Shown: positions 1-11,477 of the stretch, piece after piece
How positions within the stretch are numbered: the first letter of the stretch is position 1
Layout of the letters: each line of letters starts with the position of its first letter
Source of the DNA: Octopus sinensis
Taxonomy: Eukaryota
Direction of reading: 5' to 3'
Length of the DNA: 62,792 nucleotides
NCBI RefSeq assembly: GCF_006345805.1
Contig: NW_021832261.1
Span: forward strand, 1 to 62,792
Position numbers and translations under genes: made by a program
Notes under the pieces: generated by a model
Seen by the model: the letters and a program-made list of their open reading frames with translations, nothing else
Told to the model about the DNA's origin: nothing
The model's database searches: none

Positions 1-552
1 TTTGCTTAATGACGCAATATAATAGGTACGTATTATAAGTACCCGGGTTGTATTACCATGAAAACTTACCTTCTAACATATATATATATATATATATATG
101 CACGAAAGTAAGGGAAAAGAGAGAGAGAGAGATTCCAAGAGCGTGTTTAAGAGAGATAGATAGAAAGAGAGAGTGAGGAGAGAGAGCTAACAGAGTGCAA
201 AATAGTGAGATAGAAGGGTTGAGATTGCTAATGGGAGATGGAACACTTAATACATGTAGCACCGTTTATTTATTCGTTTGAAGTCGGTGATAGACTCGGT
301 CGTTAATAAGATTTTCTAGTTTACTACGTCCGTTCAGGTAAAATCTTGTCGCCTGACGAGACACAGTGACTGACAAACTCTCCATCCTGCTGGAATGAAT
401 CATCAGCTAGATATATAAAAAAAAAAACAAGCAAAAACAATAAAGAAAGCAAAAAAAAAAAAAAACAAAGAACATATTTATACAAAATTGACCACCGTCG
501 GTTTCTATGGTGACTAAGCTCTTCGATCATCAGAATTTTGAACTTATATTAT

Positions 553-1195
553 AGTGCAAACATGTTTAGCGGTATTTCGTCTGTCTCTCCGTTCTGAGTT
601 CAAATTCAACTCAGGTCGACTTTATCCTTTCGGGGTCAATATGTTAAGTACCAGTTGCGTACTGGCGTCGATCTAATCGACTGGCCCCTTCCTCCAAAAT
701 TTCGGGCCTTGTGTCTAGAGTAGAAAAGAATATTACGGATGAGAGAAGGTGGTGAAGATGGCAGAAACGTTAGGACGTCGGACGAAATGCTTAGTGGCAT
801 TTCGTTTGTCTTTACGTTCTGAGTTCAAATTCAGTCGAGGTCGACTTTATCCTTTCGGGGTTAATATATTAAGTACCACTTGCGTTCTGGCGTCGATCTA
901 ATCGACTGGCCCCCTTCCCCAAAATTTCGAACTTTGTGCATTGAGTAGAAAAGAATATTAAGGATGACAGAAGGTGATAAGCTGGCAGAATCGTAAGCAT
1001 GCCGGGCGAAATGCTTAGCGGCATTTCGTCTGTCTTCACGTTCTGAGTTCAAATGCCGCCGAGGTCGACTTTGCTTTTCATTCTTTCAGGGTCGATAAAT
1101 TAAGTACCAGCTGCTTACTGGGATTGATCTGATCGAATGCCCACCCACTTGTCACAAAACTTCGGGCCTTGTGCCTAGAGTATAAAACAATATAT
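553..1195 (+). mobile_element. Three head-to-tail tRNA-derived SINE copies (family A; central domain resembles the MetaSINE-type domain)
   Basis: Repeated head (gctggcagaaacgttagc...gttcaaattccgccgagg), central gtcgactttgcctttcatcctttcggggtcgataaattaagtaccag and tail gggccttgtgcctagagtagaaaagaat; period ~225 bp. The Meta-domain assignment is from memory of the family. Confidence 0.85.
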
Positions 1196-1201
1196 ATAGT
1201 A

Positions 1202-1260
<59 letters not shown>

Positions 1261-1491
1261 ACACTATGAATGTATTTATTTATGTATGCATGCATGTATA
1301 TATGTCTGTACATATATATTTATGTGTGTATATGAAAGTATGTATATGTGCATGTTTCTATACGCGTAATATATATATATATATAATATATATATAACGG
1401 GAAGCTTATGAAAATAAACAAAGACGAAGGCAGGTGAAGTACAACAACAATTATATTAGTATGGCGCTCAGGAATATAAATAAAACAAATC

Positions 1492-1524
1492 TTTTACGTT
1501 CGAGCCTACGTTCTTCAACAGAAA
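1492..1524 (-). ncRNA. Degenerate minimal hammerhead-like motif at the PLE 3' end
   Basis: ctgttga-a-gaac-gtag-gctc-gaac-gta-aaa: variant core, stem II mismatch and GAAA shortened. Confidence 0.45.
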
Positions 1525-1789
1525 GATACACAGAAAAGAAACACGGAGAGAACAAGGACAGGGAAGTAATGCGTTGCAGAAGCTAGCGATTCAACATGGC
1601 GATCTGATTCCGGCCAGAAGTCAGAGATCAAACGTGAGACGCAAGAGCGAAAATAGGGGAGATAACAGGGTCAAAGGACTTCGCCCCAACATAAGGGTGT
1701 GTGTGTGTATGAGAGAGTGTGTAGTGCGTATGAAAGGTCTGGACGTGTGTATGTATGTATGATGTGATGTGTAATGTCGTATGGTGTAG

Positions 1790-2385
1790 TGTAGAGAGAG
1801 GAGATGAGGGGAGAGAAAGGAGGAGGGAGGAGAGAGGGAGGAGATAAAGGAGGAGATGAGGGGGAGAGGGGAGGAGAGGGAGGGGAGGAGGGAGGGAGAG
1901 GGAAGGGGGTATGGGGAGAGGGGGGATATGGGGTAGGAGAGCGAGGGGAGAATGAAAAGAGAAGACGAGGGAGGAGGGAGAAGAGGAAAGGAGAGAGTGG
2001 AGGAAATGGGAGAGGAGGGGGGATGAGGGGAACGGGGAAGGAAAAGGGAGAAGAGAGAAGGATGGGTGAGTGGGTGAGATGAGATGGGGAATGGAGGGGG
2101 GAGGGGGAGGGGAACGGAGGGAGAAGGACAAGGGAGGAGGGAGGAGGAAAAGGGGGAGAGGAATGAGAGGGGAAGAGGAGGAGGTGAGAGGGGGGAGGAG
2201 GGAGAGGGTAAGAGATGGGAAGGGGAGTGAGGGAGAAGAAGAGAAAGAGAGAAGGGAAAGAGGGAAGAAGAAAGAGGAAAGAAGGAGGGAAAGAAGGGAA
2301 GAGGAGGGAAAGAGAGTAGGGGGTGAAAAATGAAGGACTGAAGAGAAGAATAGGATCAGGGAGGAGGGGAGGGGGGGAGATGGGA
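1790..2385. repeat. Polypurine (G/A) low-complexity tract in the PLE 3' UTR
   Basis: ~600 bp almost purely G/A on + strand with many G-runs. Confidence 0.9.
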
Positions 2386-3523
2386 GAGTTGAGACCAACA
2401 TTTCGTAAAAGAACGAAGAGAGAAGATTAATCCCTGCTTTTCACGGCGTAAACGGAAATCCGGATGGCCTCTGTGCAAGGACAAACCGAATACAGACAGT
2501 GTTGCAAGAGTGACCGTGGAGGAGGAAATGGCGTGAGACCGGTGTGTCGTTGGCAAGGCGGATGTCACGGAGGTGTTCCGCGAACCGGTCAGCCAAGCGG
2601 CGTCCCGTTTGTCAGATGTACAGGGAATGGCAGAAAGAGCAAGAGATGCAATAGATGATATTGCTGGAGGTGCAGGTGAAGGAGTTGATGATGCGATAGG
2701 GTCGATGATGGGTGCCGGTGAGGAGGGTGGTGTTGGAGAGGTAAGGGCAAGTGCGGCAACGTGGGCCGGAGCAGGGTAACGAGCCAGGTTGGGAAGTAGA
2801 GTCAGGGAAGGAGCTGTGGACCAAAAGGTCTCGTAGGTTATGGGCTCGTTTGAAGGAGGGGAGGGGTCGGTTAGGGAAGAGGTGTGAAGTGGACGGTCGG
2901 ACCGGAGATGCCGGAAAGATGCGTTGGAGAGGTAGGGGCGTGGGGTGGTAAGTGAGGGGAAAAGGGAGGCGGGAGACTACAGGGCGGGTTCGGAGGGGAG
3001 AGAGCAGATCCACGGTCTATGGAACGTGCTCTGGCAAGGGCGGTATGGATGGTGGTGAGGGTGTATCCACGTAGGATGAAGTGGCGAGCCATGCGTTGAG
3101 ACTGAGTCTCAAAGTCATGGTCGTCACTACAGAGCCTACGTAGACGGAGGAATTGGGAATAGGGGATGGAAAGCTTGGTGTGTTTTGGGTGGGAGGAAGA
3201 GAAATTTAGGTATGTGTGTGAGTCTGTGTGTTTGTAGTGAATGGAGGTGGTAAGAGTGGAGTGATGAATGCTGACCGAAATGTCGAGGAAGGAGACAGAG
3301 GTGTTGGAGATAGTGGAGGTGAAGTGGAGGGCATGATGAAAGGATTGAACGAAAGAGAGGAAGGAATCTAGATGTTCACGGGAGAGTGAGGTGGCACCGA
3401 TAATGTCGTCAATGTTCGGGAGTGGGACCAGTGAAATTAGAAAATATTTGGGCCTCAACATAGCCAACGAACAGGTTCGCATAGTTGGGGCTCATTCGCG
3501 TTCCCATTGCCACTCCAGAGATA

Positions 3524-3525
<2 letters not shown>
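2385..3525 (-). pseudogene. PLE RT C-terminal half plus GIY-YIG endonuclease, frameshifted
   Basis: ORFs 2871..3482 and 2612..3013 carry the RT thumb and GIY-YIG motifs in different frames. Confidence 0.88.
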
Positions 3526-3555
<30 letters not shown>

Positions 3556-3716
3556 GTAAAGCAAATGAAACCAGGTGTTTATTAACCATTTGGTCCTAAG
3601 GGCAAATTAAGACAGAGCTCTTCGTGGCTTTTGTGGTGTTTCACTTTTGTTTCTGGCAGTAGCTGGTGCTATAGTAAAGCTCACTTTTGTGACCTTTATC
3701 ATATATATATATATAT

Positions 3717-4239
3717 ATAATTAATCAATATAGGGTGGCAAAAAAAAAATTTTGTAGAATTTTTTTGCCACCAGCGGCCTAGTGGGAGAAAATTAAATAG
3801 TCAAAGACCATTTTTAAGTTCAACATCAACAATCAAGGAACGGCCATAATAGGCCATTCACCCACTAGAAATAACAGCCAAAGCTTCAACCGCAAATAAA
3901 AATTAATTCCGTAAACCAGGAGAAAATTTTAAAAACTTTAAAAAACATTTACCCTGTAATTTCTTATACGATGCACCGTTTCATCTGCTGTTTAATGGTA
4001 AACTAACCTGATTAAATTAAATCAAGCCAATCTTCCATAGGCCCTCAGATTCTTCAGTAAGAATAGCCCAAGTCGGAACAGATATTTTCACGAGGCCTTC
4101 CGACCCTGCCAAGGTAATATCTGACCTAAAATTTTCAAATCATCGCACTCGCGCCAAATTTATCGGCAGAAAATAAATATACCGTCGATTCCATTACGGA
4201 ATTAACCAGAAAATTCATAATTATCAATATAGGGTGGCA
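3717..4239 (-). mobile_element. ~500 bp hammerhead-carrying unit with 23-24 bp terminal direct repeats (solo pseudo-LTR or retrozyme-like), in (TA)n
   Basis: ataatta(a)tcaatatagggtggca at 3717-3740 and 4217-4239; internal HHR; no ORF. Confidence 0.65.
3961..4063 (-). ncRNA. Type I hammerhead ribozyme with extended loop II
   Basis: Stem I UUCUUA/UAAGAA, core CUGAAGA, stem II AUCUG/CAGAU, GAAA, stem III ACGG-UGCA-UCGU, GUA cleavage triplet (cut between 3967 and 3966). Confidence 0.8.
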
Positions 4240-4454
4240 TATATATATATATACACATGTTATATGTGTGTATATATATAATATGTGTGTATATATTATA
4301 ATATATATATATATAAATATAATATATGTGTATATAATATATATATATAGATAAATAATATGTGGTGTATATATATACATATATATATACATATAATATA
4401 TATGTGTATATTATACATATAATATAATATGTGTATATATATACATATAATATA

Positions 4455-4497
<43 letters not shown>

Positions 4498-4502
4498 GTA
4501 TA

Positions 4503-4554
<52 letters not shown>

Positions 4555-4568
4555 TATATTCTGTATAT

Positions 4569-6015
4569 TACCGTCCAATCTCACTCACCTCTCATATCAT
4601 TAAGGTATTTGAGAGAGTGCTGAGATCGCGTATGACTCACTTCCTTGAGAGTCATAATATGCTGAACTCCAACTAGCATGGATTCCGTAATGGGAGAGAT
4701 TGCCTGCCACAGCTACTGCATCATTTTGATGACATTTTGAGAGCCTTGGGAGAGGGTTCCAACACTGATGTCATCTACCTTGATTTCAGCAAGGCCTTTG
4801 ACAGGGTTGATCATAAGATCCTTCTGAGAAAGCTGTCCAATTTTTGTGTCACTGGAAAGCTGCTGCAGTGGATCAAGTGCTTCCTGTCTAACAGAACCCA
4901 GCATGTAGTCGAAGTAGTCAAATCCAGCCCAGCCAAAGTCAGCAGTGGTGTCCCACAAGGCACTGTGTTGGGCCCATTCCTCTTCATCATCTACATAAAT
5001 GATATTACTGACACCATCAAACACAGTAACATCAGAACCTTCGCTGATGATTCCCAGCTCCAGAAGGTCATCAATGGCGTGGATGACCGAATAAGCCTTC
5101 AGTCAGACCTACTGGCTGTTGTCCAATGGGCGGAAAAGAATAACATGCTGCTAAACGAAGACAAATTCGAACTGATCCACTTTGGAAGGGAGAACGCTCT
5201 GAAACTCCCATACTCCCTTCCTTCTGGAGAAATTCTCATGGCGTCCAACAACATCAGAGACTTGGGAGTAACAGTGGACAACAACATAAGCTGGGCTACA
5301 CATATAAGCAGCAAAGTTGGCATGGCCCGCAGAATGTGTTCCTGGATTCTCAGAACCTTCCAGTCGAGAGATTCATACACTATTATCCTTCTCTTCTCTA
5401 CTTTTGCCCGACCCCACCTTGAATACTGCTGTCCACTGTGGTCTCCCTACATAAAACAAAATATTATGAGATTGAAGCTCCCCAAAGGTCAATCACCAAA
5501 AAGATAGATGGCATGTCAGACCTTAACTACTAGGGGTAGACTAGAAGAAGCTGAAACTGTATTCACTCCAACGACGCCGTGAACGCTACATAATCTGTAT
5601 GATGTGGAAAATATTCCATCAGCACTGTCCGAATGATGTTGGCATCACCTTCAAAATACATCCAAGGATTGGACCACGTGCCATCCGTCCACAACAAAAA
5701 TCTAAATCGCATCACATAACGACAATACGGCACAACTATTTCACCTCAATTGGACCCGTTCTCTTCAACATTACACTAGGACACATCAAAAAAGAAACTG
5801 ACCACACAAAATTCAAGAAGTCTTTGGACAAATGCCTTCAAGCAGTCCCGGACAAACCACCCACACCCGGATATGTCTCCGCAAACAATAACTATCTGCT
5901 CGAATGGGCCTTGGTGCCCAAATCCTGAATTGAAAGACTTCGACAGGTGGTGCTATTAAGTTAGTCATGGCCTGGGCCAATACTTGCCAAAACCTTTCTA
6001 AGTTATTCTAAGTTA
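4569..6015 (+). mobile_element. 5'-truncated CR1/L2-group LINE
   Basis: YRPISLTS, YLDFSKAFD, GVPQGTVLGP, FADD, DLGV, RPHLEYC motifs; 3' tail (ttctaagtta)x2 at 5996-6015. Confidence 0.9.
4737..5507 (+). pseudogene. LINE reverse transcriptase fragment
   Basis: 256 aa ORF with RT motifs; in-frame stop just upstream and frameshifts downstream. Confidence 0.9.
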
Positions 6016-6057
6016 TATATATATATATATATATACACATACTATACTATATGTATA

Positions 6058-6099
<42 letters not shown>

Positions 6100-6119
6100 T
6101 ATATATATATATATATATA

Positions 6120-6166
<47 letters not shown>

Positions 6167-6331
6167 ATAATGTGTATAGTATATATATACATTTAATATA
6201 ATGTATATATATATGGCGGTGCCCCAGCATGGCACAGCTCATAAGCTGAAACTAGAATCAATCAATCAATCAATAATAACTCTATATATATATATACATA
6301 TAATATATTGTATATATATATACATATATAA

Positions 6332-6361
<30 letters not shown>

Positions 6362-6364
<3 letters not shown>

Positions 6365-6582
6365 TACTCTTTTACTCTTTTACTTGTTTCAGTCATTTGA
6401 CTGCGGCTATGCTGGAGCACCGCCTTTAGCCGATTAAATCGACCCCGGGACTTATTCTTTGTAAGCCCAGTACTTATTCTATCGGTCTCTTTTGCCGAAC
6501 CGCTAAGTGACGGGGACGTAAACACACCAGCATCGGTTGTCAAGCAATGCTTGGGGGACAAACACAGACACACAAACACACA

Positions 6583-6641
<59 letters not shown>

Positions 6642-7121
6642 CCACGCTGGTGGAAAGGGGAGAGCAGAAATTCTTCGCTTGCATTTTTGGGTTTGTTGGC
6701 ACTGTTAGTTGGAAGCAGATCTTCAGAAGCGAGAGGAAGCCGAAAGGGTATGCTCCTATTTTCAGTGTTTTCAGATCCAAACCAGGGAGTTCTGAGCTGA
6801 TGATAGAAATGTCGTGTTGACTAATCTTGAAACGTACGTTCTCAAATAACCTTTGCACTTGATTTTTTAATGTCTCTACCCCCATATTTGCGTGAGTTGA
6901 ATTGAGCAAACACTATATGAGAGAGGTTTTCTTTAAGTATTAGAAATAGTTTTAAAAAAGTTTTTTAGCTGCTATTTCTAATGTTCAGTATGCGGCAAAG
7001 TAATTTATTTTACTAAGCCCTTTTATATAATGTAATAATTTGAATTCGCCTTAAATGGTCCCTTTGCATACTGAATACTTGGTGAAATTGATTAATTAAT
7101 TAATTTTACCCTCAATTGTTG

Positions 7122-7210
<89 letters not shown>

Positions 7211-7378
7211 TTATATATACATATATACGACGGCTTCTTTCAGTTTCCGTCTACCAAATCCACTCACAAGGCATGGTCGGCCCGGGGCTATAGCAGAAGA
7301 CACTTGCCCAAGATGTCACGCAGAGGGACTGAACCCGGAACCATGTGTTGGTAAGCAAGCTACTTACCACGCAGCCAC
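6362..7378 (-). mobile_element. tRNA-derived CORE-type SINE (family B) split by a ~460 bp insertion (6643-7105) and (TA)n
   Basis: 3' part with (gagtaaaa)n tail at 6362-6642; 5' part with CORE-like cttgggcaagtgtctt at 7228-7378. Confidence 0.85.
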
Positions 7379-7470
7379 ATATATATATATATATAGATAT
7401 AATATAATATGTGTGTATATATATATATATATACACATATAATATAACATGTATATATATATATATATAT

Positions 7471-7519
<49 letters not shown>

Positions 7520-7523
<4 letters not shown>

Positions 7524-7660
7524 TTCTATATTTAAGGATGAGGAATTATGTAAATTATTTACATTTGACAGATATTTGTCCTGAACTTGCTTGTTAACAC
7601 ACGTTTTCGGCTGATATACCCTACAGCCCTCAACAGGTGTCTTGGGGAAACTTCGAATGG
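7520..7660 (-). mobile_element. PLE pseudo-LTR remnant with variant hammerhead (7597-7640)
   Basis: acac-ctgttga-g-ggctg-tagggtatat-cagcc-gaaaacgt-gtgt. Confidence 0.6.
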
Positions 7661-7662
7661 TG

Positions 7663-7715
<53 letters not shown>

Positions 7716-7718
<3 letters not shown>

Positions 7719-7881
7719 TCTATGTTTGACTTTTTGCTTTATATTTGTACAAGTTGGCTCCAAGTCTCACCCAGAGACCTCAAGAGACAACAGGGTTGGA
7801 AGTTCATGTTGTTGTTATGCCTAGTGTGCCATATATTTGGGGGGTGGGGATGTTGTACTAATGAATGTCTAAAAAAAAAAG

Positions 7882-7912
<31 letters not shown>

Positions 7913-8259
7913 CGAAAATTATGGTTGTTTTAAACCTTGAGGTTACATAAGAATGTATTTTGCGTAGGATATGAGCAGTTCCCATGAGCACTATCTTTTT
8001 GAACTTCTGCCATTTTTGGGTTTCCTGTATCTGAGTTAGGTAGCTATCAGCCCCTTTTGCTATCATTTCCCAGGGCACCTATGACAACAGGTATTGTTTT
8101 AAGTCTTCAGCTTCCACATTTTGCTGATTTCTATTTCAAGATCTTTATATTTGCTCAGTTTTTGGTAGGTCCTGACAGATACGTTTATATCGATTGGGAC
8201 AGTCATATCAATGAGGAGGCATGTTCTTTGTTTGAAGTCTTTCAATATGATGTCTGGCC

Positions 8260-8260
<1 letters not shown>
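7716..8260 (-). mobile_element. 3' fragment of a Dong/R4-like non-LTR retrotransposon (REL endonuclease) inside (TAA)n
   Basis: Translates to RPDIILKD..CLLIDMTVPID.N..KLSKYKDL..EI..MW..PVVIGALG..GTAHILRK; (ATT)n on both sides. Confidence 0.8.
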
Positions 8261-8325
<65 letters not shown>

Positions 8326-8330
<5 letters not shown>

Positions 8331-8405
8331 TCATTGCACGGAATCGAACTCGGAATCTTGGGTTAGTAACCTGCTCTCTTAACCACTACGCCATATGCCC
8401 GTGGG
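8326..8405 (-). mobile_element. Short tRNA-derived SINE or tRNA pseudogene ending directly in (AAT)n
   Basis: A box tggcgtagtgg, B box gttcgattc, no body; (AAT)n tail. Confidence 0.6.
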
Positions 8406-8416
8406 CAGTTATGGAT

Positions 8417-8500
8417 TGAATTTGAACTCAGAACGAAACGGCAGACGAAATATCGCTAAGCATTTCGCCAGGTGCTAACGTTTCTGTTAGCTCGCCGCCT
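8417..8500 (-). mobile_element. Family A SINE 5' fragment
   Basis: ggcggcgagcta..agaaacgttagc..gttctgagttcaaattc head. Confidence 0.75.
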
Positions 8501-9399
8501 TCTTTTATTTATATATTTATTTATATATTATGTATATATTACGCATTTACAAACATATACATATATATATACTTTCACATACACACATAAATATATAGTG
8601 AGAGACATACACATATACATGCATACATGCATAAATAGATTCATACATACATGCATACATACATGCTTGCATACATACATGCGCGTGTCCTACCTCCAAA
8701 GCGAAGGACGATATGAAATATGGCGTATGGAGTGAAGTCGACCGTCATGTTTCGCCTCTTGGTCAGCAACGTGCTGGACGATGTAGATGGGTATGGCGAT
8801 AGCTAGCTTGCAACCAAGATAGGTAGGTAGGCTGTTTGTTAGGTAAGTAGTGATACCACTGGTAATAGTGCTTGTTTTACTGCGAGTGTTCGAACTAGTT
8901 TATCTAGAACACACATTAGAATTGGATTGGTCAAGCGTGATGCTATGTAAGTAACCATGGATAACGCTCTAGTGACTTCATTTTCACTCCTTAACCAGGG
9001 ATAAAAAAAAACCTTGGGAAAGAAAATACACACACACACACTTTCACATGCAAACATAGATAAATAGATACGAACACACAGGTACACGTTCACACATACA
9101 CCATGCCCACATATGTACACTACATATATTTTTGCATGTATCTATACATTCATATGTATCTATATATATGTGCCGTTTCAAATTGTGTTTTGGTAACTTT
9201 TTTATATACTTTTCTGTGTTGTAATTTTTTTTTTTTTATAAATGATTGTTTTCCAGTTTTTCTTAATATTTTCTGTTTTATTGTTATTGTTTTGCATGTT
9301 TTGTATTTTGTTTTTCGTTTTATCCTAATTTGTTGTTTTCATTCTTCACAGAGACTCCGTTAAGAAAATGTTAACGGTAAGATGGGAAGCTGTGTTGAG

Positions 9400-9850
9400 T
9401 AAGTATAAGGGCAGAGAGAAAAAGGGAGAGAGAGAGAGGGGGAGAGATGGAGAGAGAGGGAAAGAAAAGATGAAAAGGGAGATGGAAAGAGAGGAAGAGG
9501 AGAGAGAGAACAAGAGGGAGAGAAAAAGGGAGAGGGAAAGAGAGTAAGAGGGAGAGAAAGAAAGAAAGAGAGAAGGAAAAGAGGAAGAGTTAGAGGAAAA
9601 GGTAGATGGAAAGAGAGAAAAAGGGAGAGAGAGGTAAAGAGAGGGAGAGTGAGAGTAAAGGGGGAAAGAGGTAGAGAAAAGGGAGAGGGAAAGAGAGGAA
9701 GAGAGAGGGGAAGACAGGGAAAGAGAGGAGGAGGTAGAGAAAAAGGGAGAGGGAAAGAGAGGAATAGCGGGGAAGAGAGAGAAAGAGCGGAAGAGGCAGA
9801 GAAAAATAAAGACGGAAAGAGAAGAAGGGGAGAGAGAGCAAGAGAGGAAG
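9400..9850. repeat. Polypurine (GA-rich) tract
   Basis: Near-pure G/A on + strand; the source of the long S/L/F ORF on the minus strand. Confidence 0.9.
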
Positions 9851-10128
9851 GTGTCTAGTGTCTGTGGGTGCGTATGTGTATAGAAGCTGATGGATGATGA
9901 AAAGGAATATTTCGAGAGAGTTCCGTAAATATGGAGAAAGAGAGGAGAGTGGTGAGTGTTAGGTACGTAGAGATCAAGAAAAGGAGAGGCAGAGGGCAAA
10001 AACAGAGAGTAGGTGAGTGAGATGGGGAGAGTGAGGGTGCCGGCATAGATATTATTATGCAAATTTTTATCAAAATCAGAGGGAATGAAATTACAATGGG
10101 AGAGACACAGATGTAAATAATCAGGTAT

Positions 10129-10170
<42 letters not shown>

Positions 10171-10302
10171 AAAAGAGTGGGAGATAGATAGAGAGACCGT
10201 TGGATAGATTGATGGATAGGGAGAGAGAGGGGGAGAGAGGAATAGGGAAGGGAGAGATATATATCTGAATCTGTGTACATTTAATACCTGAAACGAAATT
10301 GT

Positions 10303-10676
10303 TTTGTACTCTAGGCACCAGGCCCAAAATTTTAGATCGATCACAGGACGCAATTGGTACTTAAATTAACGACCCTGAGAGGGATGAAAGGCAAGTCGAC
10401 CTCAGCGGAATTTGAACTCGGAACGTAAAGACAGACGAAATACCTATTTCTTTTCTACCCACAAGAGGTTACACGCAGAGGACAAACAAGGACAGGCAAA
10501 CGGATTAAGGCAATTACATCGACCCCAATGCGTAACTGGTACTTAATTTATCGGCCCCGAAAACATGAAAGGCAAAGTCGACCTCGGCGGAATTTGAACT
10601 CAGAACATAACGGCAGACGAAATACGGCTACACATTTCGCCCGGCGTGCTAACGTTTCTACCAGCTCGCCGCCTTT
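10303..10676 (-). mobile_element. Dimeric family A SINE with target-site duplication
   Basis: Two central domains joined at aaagaaatag|gtatttcgtctg; flanking repeat cct(g/c)aaacgaaattgt at 10287-10302 and 10677-10692. Confidence 0.85.
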
Positions 10677-10924
10677 CCTCAAACGAAATTGTACCAAGTG
10701 AAAACACCTTCTTATGTCCCCTTGAACGCTTCTCGTTCTGCCACATGGAAGATAATTTTCTTTTAACCACTATGTTGACCAAGACTGTATTTTTACATCC
10801 ATTAGGGAAGAGGTCATATGCCACCGTGAAACACTATTAACATTATGACTGGCCATACCCAATGACAATATTAAAGAGAACTCCTCAATATTAAAGAGAA
10901 CTCCTCAAAAAGTTAAAACAGATG

Positions 10925-11030
10925 TATATTTAAGAGGTGAGGAATTATTTACGTTATTTACATATGACGGATATTTGTCCTCATCTTGTTTGTTGCTAAC
11001 ACAACATCAGGTGTCTTGGGGAAATTTCGA
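10925..11030 (-). mobile_element. Second copy of the 7520-7660 pseudo-LTR family with hammerhead stem II and GAAA deleted
   Basis: Same flanks (gaggaatt..atatttgtcct..aacac..caggtgtcttggggaaa) but ~28 bp missing. Confidence 0.65.
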
Positions 11031-11477
11031 ACCTCAATACATCAACCTCAGAAACTATAATATTGAAATTCTATTAAAAGAAAAAGAGTAAACATTGAGC
11101 TGAACGGGATAGGTTTGAGAATGGAACCCAATATCACCAGTTATTTTACCTCGTCATTCGCCACTCCACACTGCAATCGTATAAGCGTATATGCGTATAT
11201 ATACATACATGCATACATACATACATACATACATACATACATACATACATACATACATAGATACATACATACATACATACATACATACATACATACATAC
11301 ATACATACATACATACATACGTACGTACATACATACGTACATGCATATATGTATATATGTATGTAATTATGTATGTATATCAGGCTTTATTTAAGTAACT
11401 ACTGTACACGTTTCCATAATGGATTTCCATGTTTATCCCATGAATGTCCATCGTTTCTTCAACAACAAATAAATACT

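Larger units (their letters stand above)
1396..3525 (-). mobile_element. 5'-truncated Penelope-like retroelement (Neptune-like) flanked by (TA)n
   Basis: Minus strand translates to GVAMGTRMSPNYANLF, IDDI, FLD, YKHTDSHTYL..SSHP, linker CSGPRCRTC and GIY-YIG IIYCISCSFCHSLYIGETGR. These are followed by a pyrimidine-rich 3' UTR and a terminal HHR-like motif. Confidence 0.9.

Noticed and set aside
4040-4123. HDV-like or twister ribozyme reading of the helices beside the hammerhead
   Set aside because: No valid P3/L3/P1.1 or twister core; the hammerhead reading explains the region better.
8741-8770. Hammerhead-like relic ctga-ccaagaggc-gaaacatgac (minus); similar relics near 38600-38635 and 59366-59414
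   Set aside because: The core or GAAA is broken in each, so none can be called a ribozyme.
9346-10353. 335 aa ORF and the similar F/L/S ORFs at 1628-2401 and 59500-60750
   Set aside because: Translations of homopurine/homopyrimidine tracts, which lack stop codons by composition.
10866-10907. 20-bp perfect tandem duplication
   Set aside because: Ordinary slippage event with no further structure.
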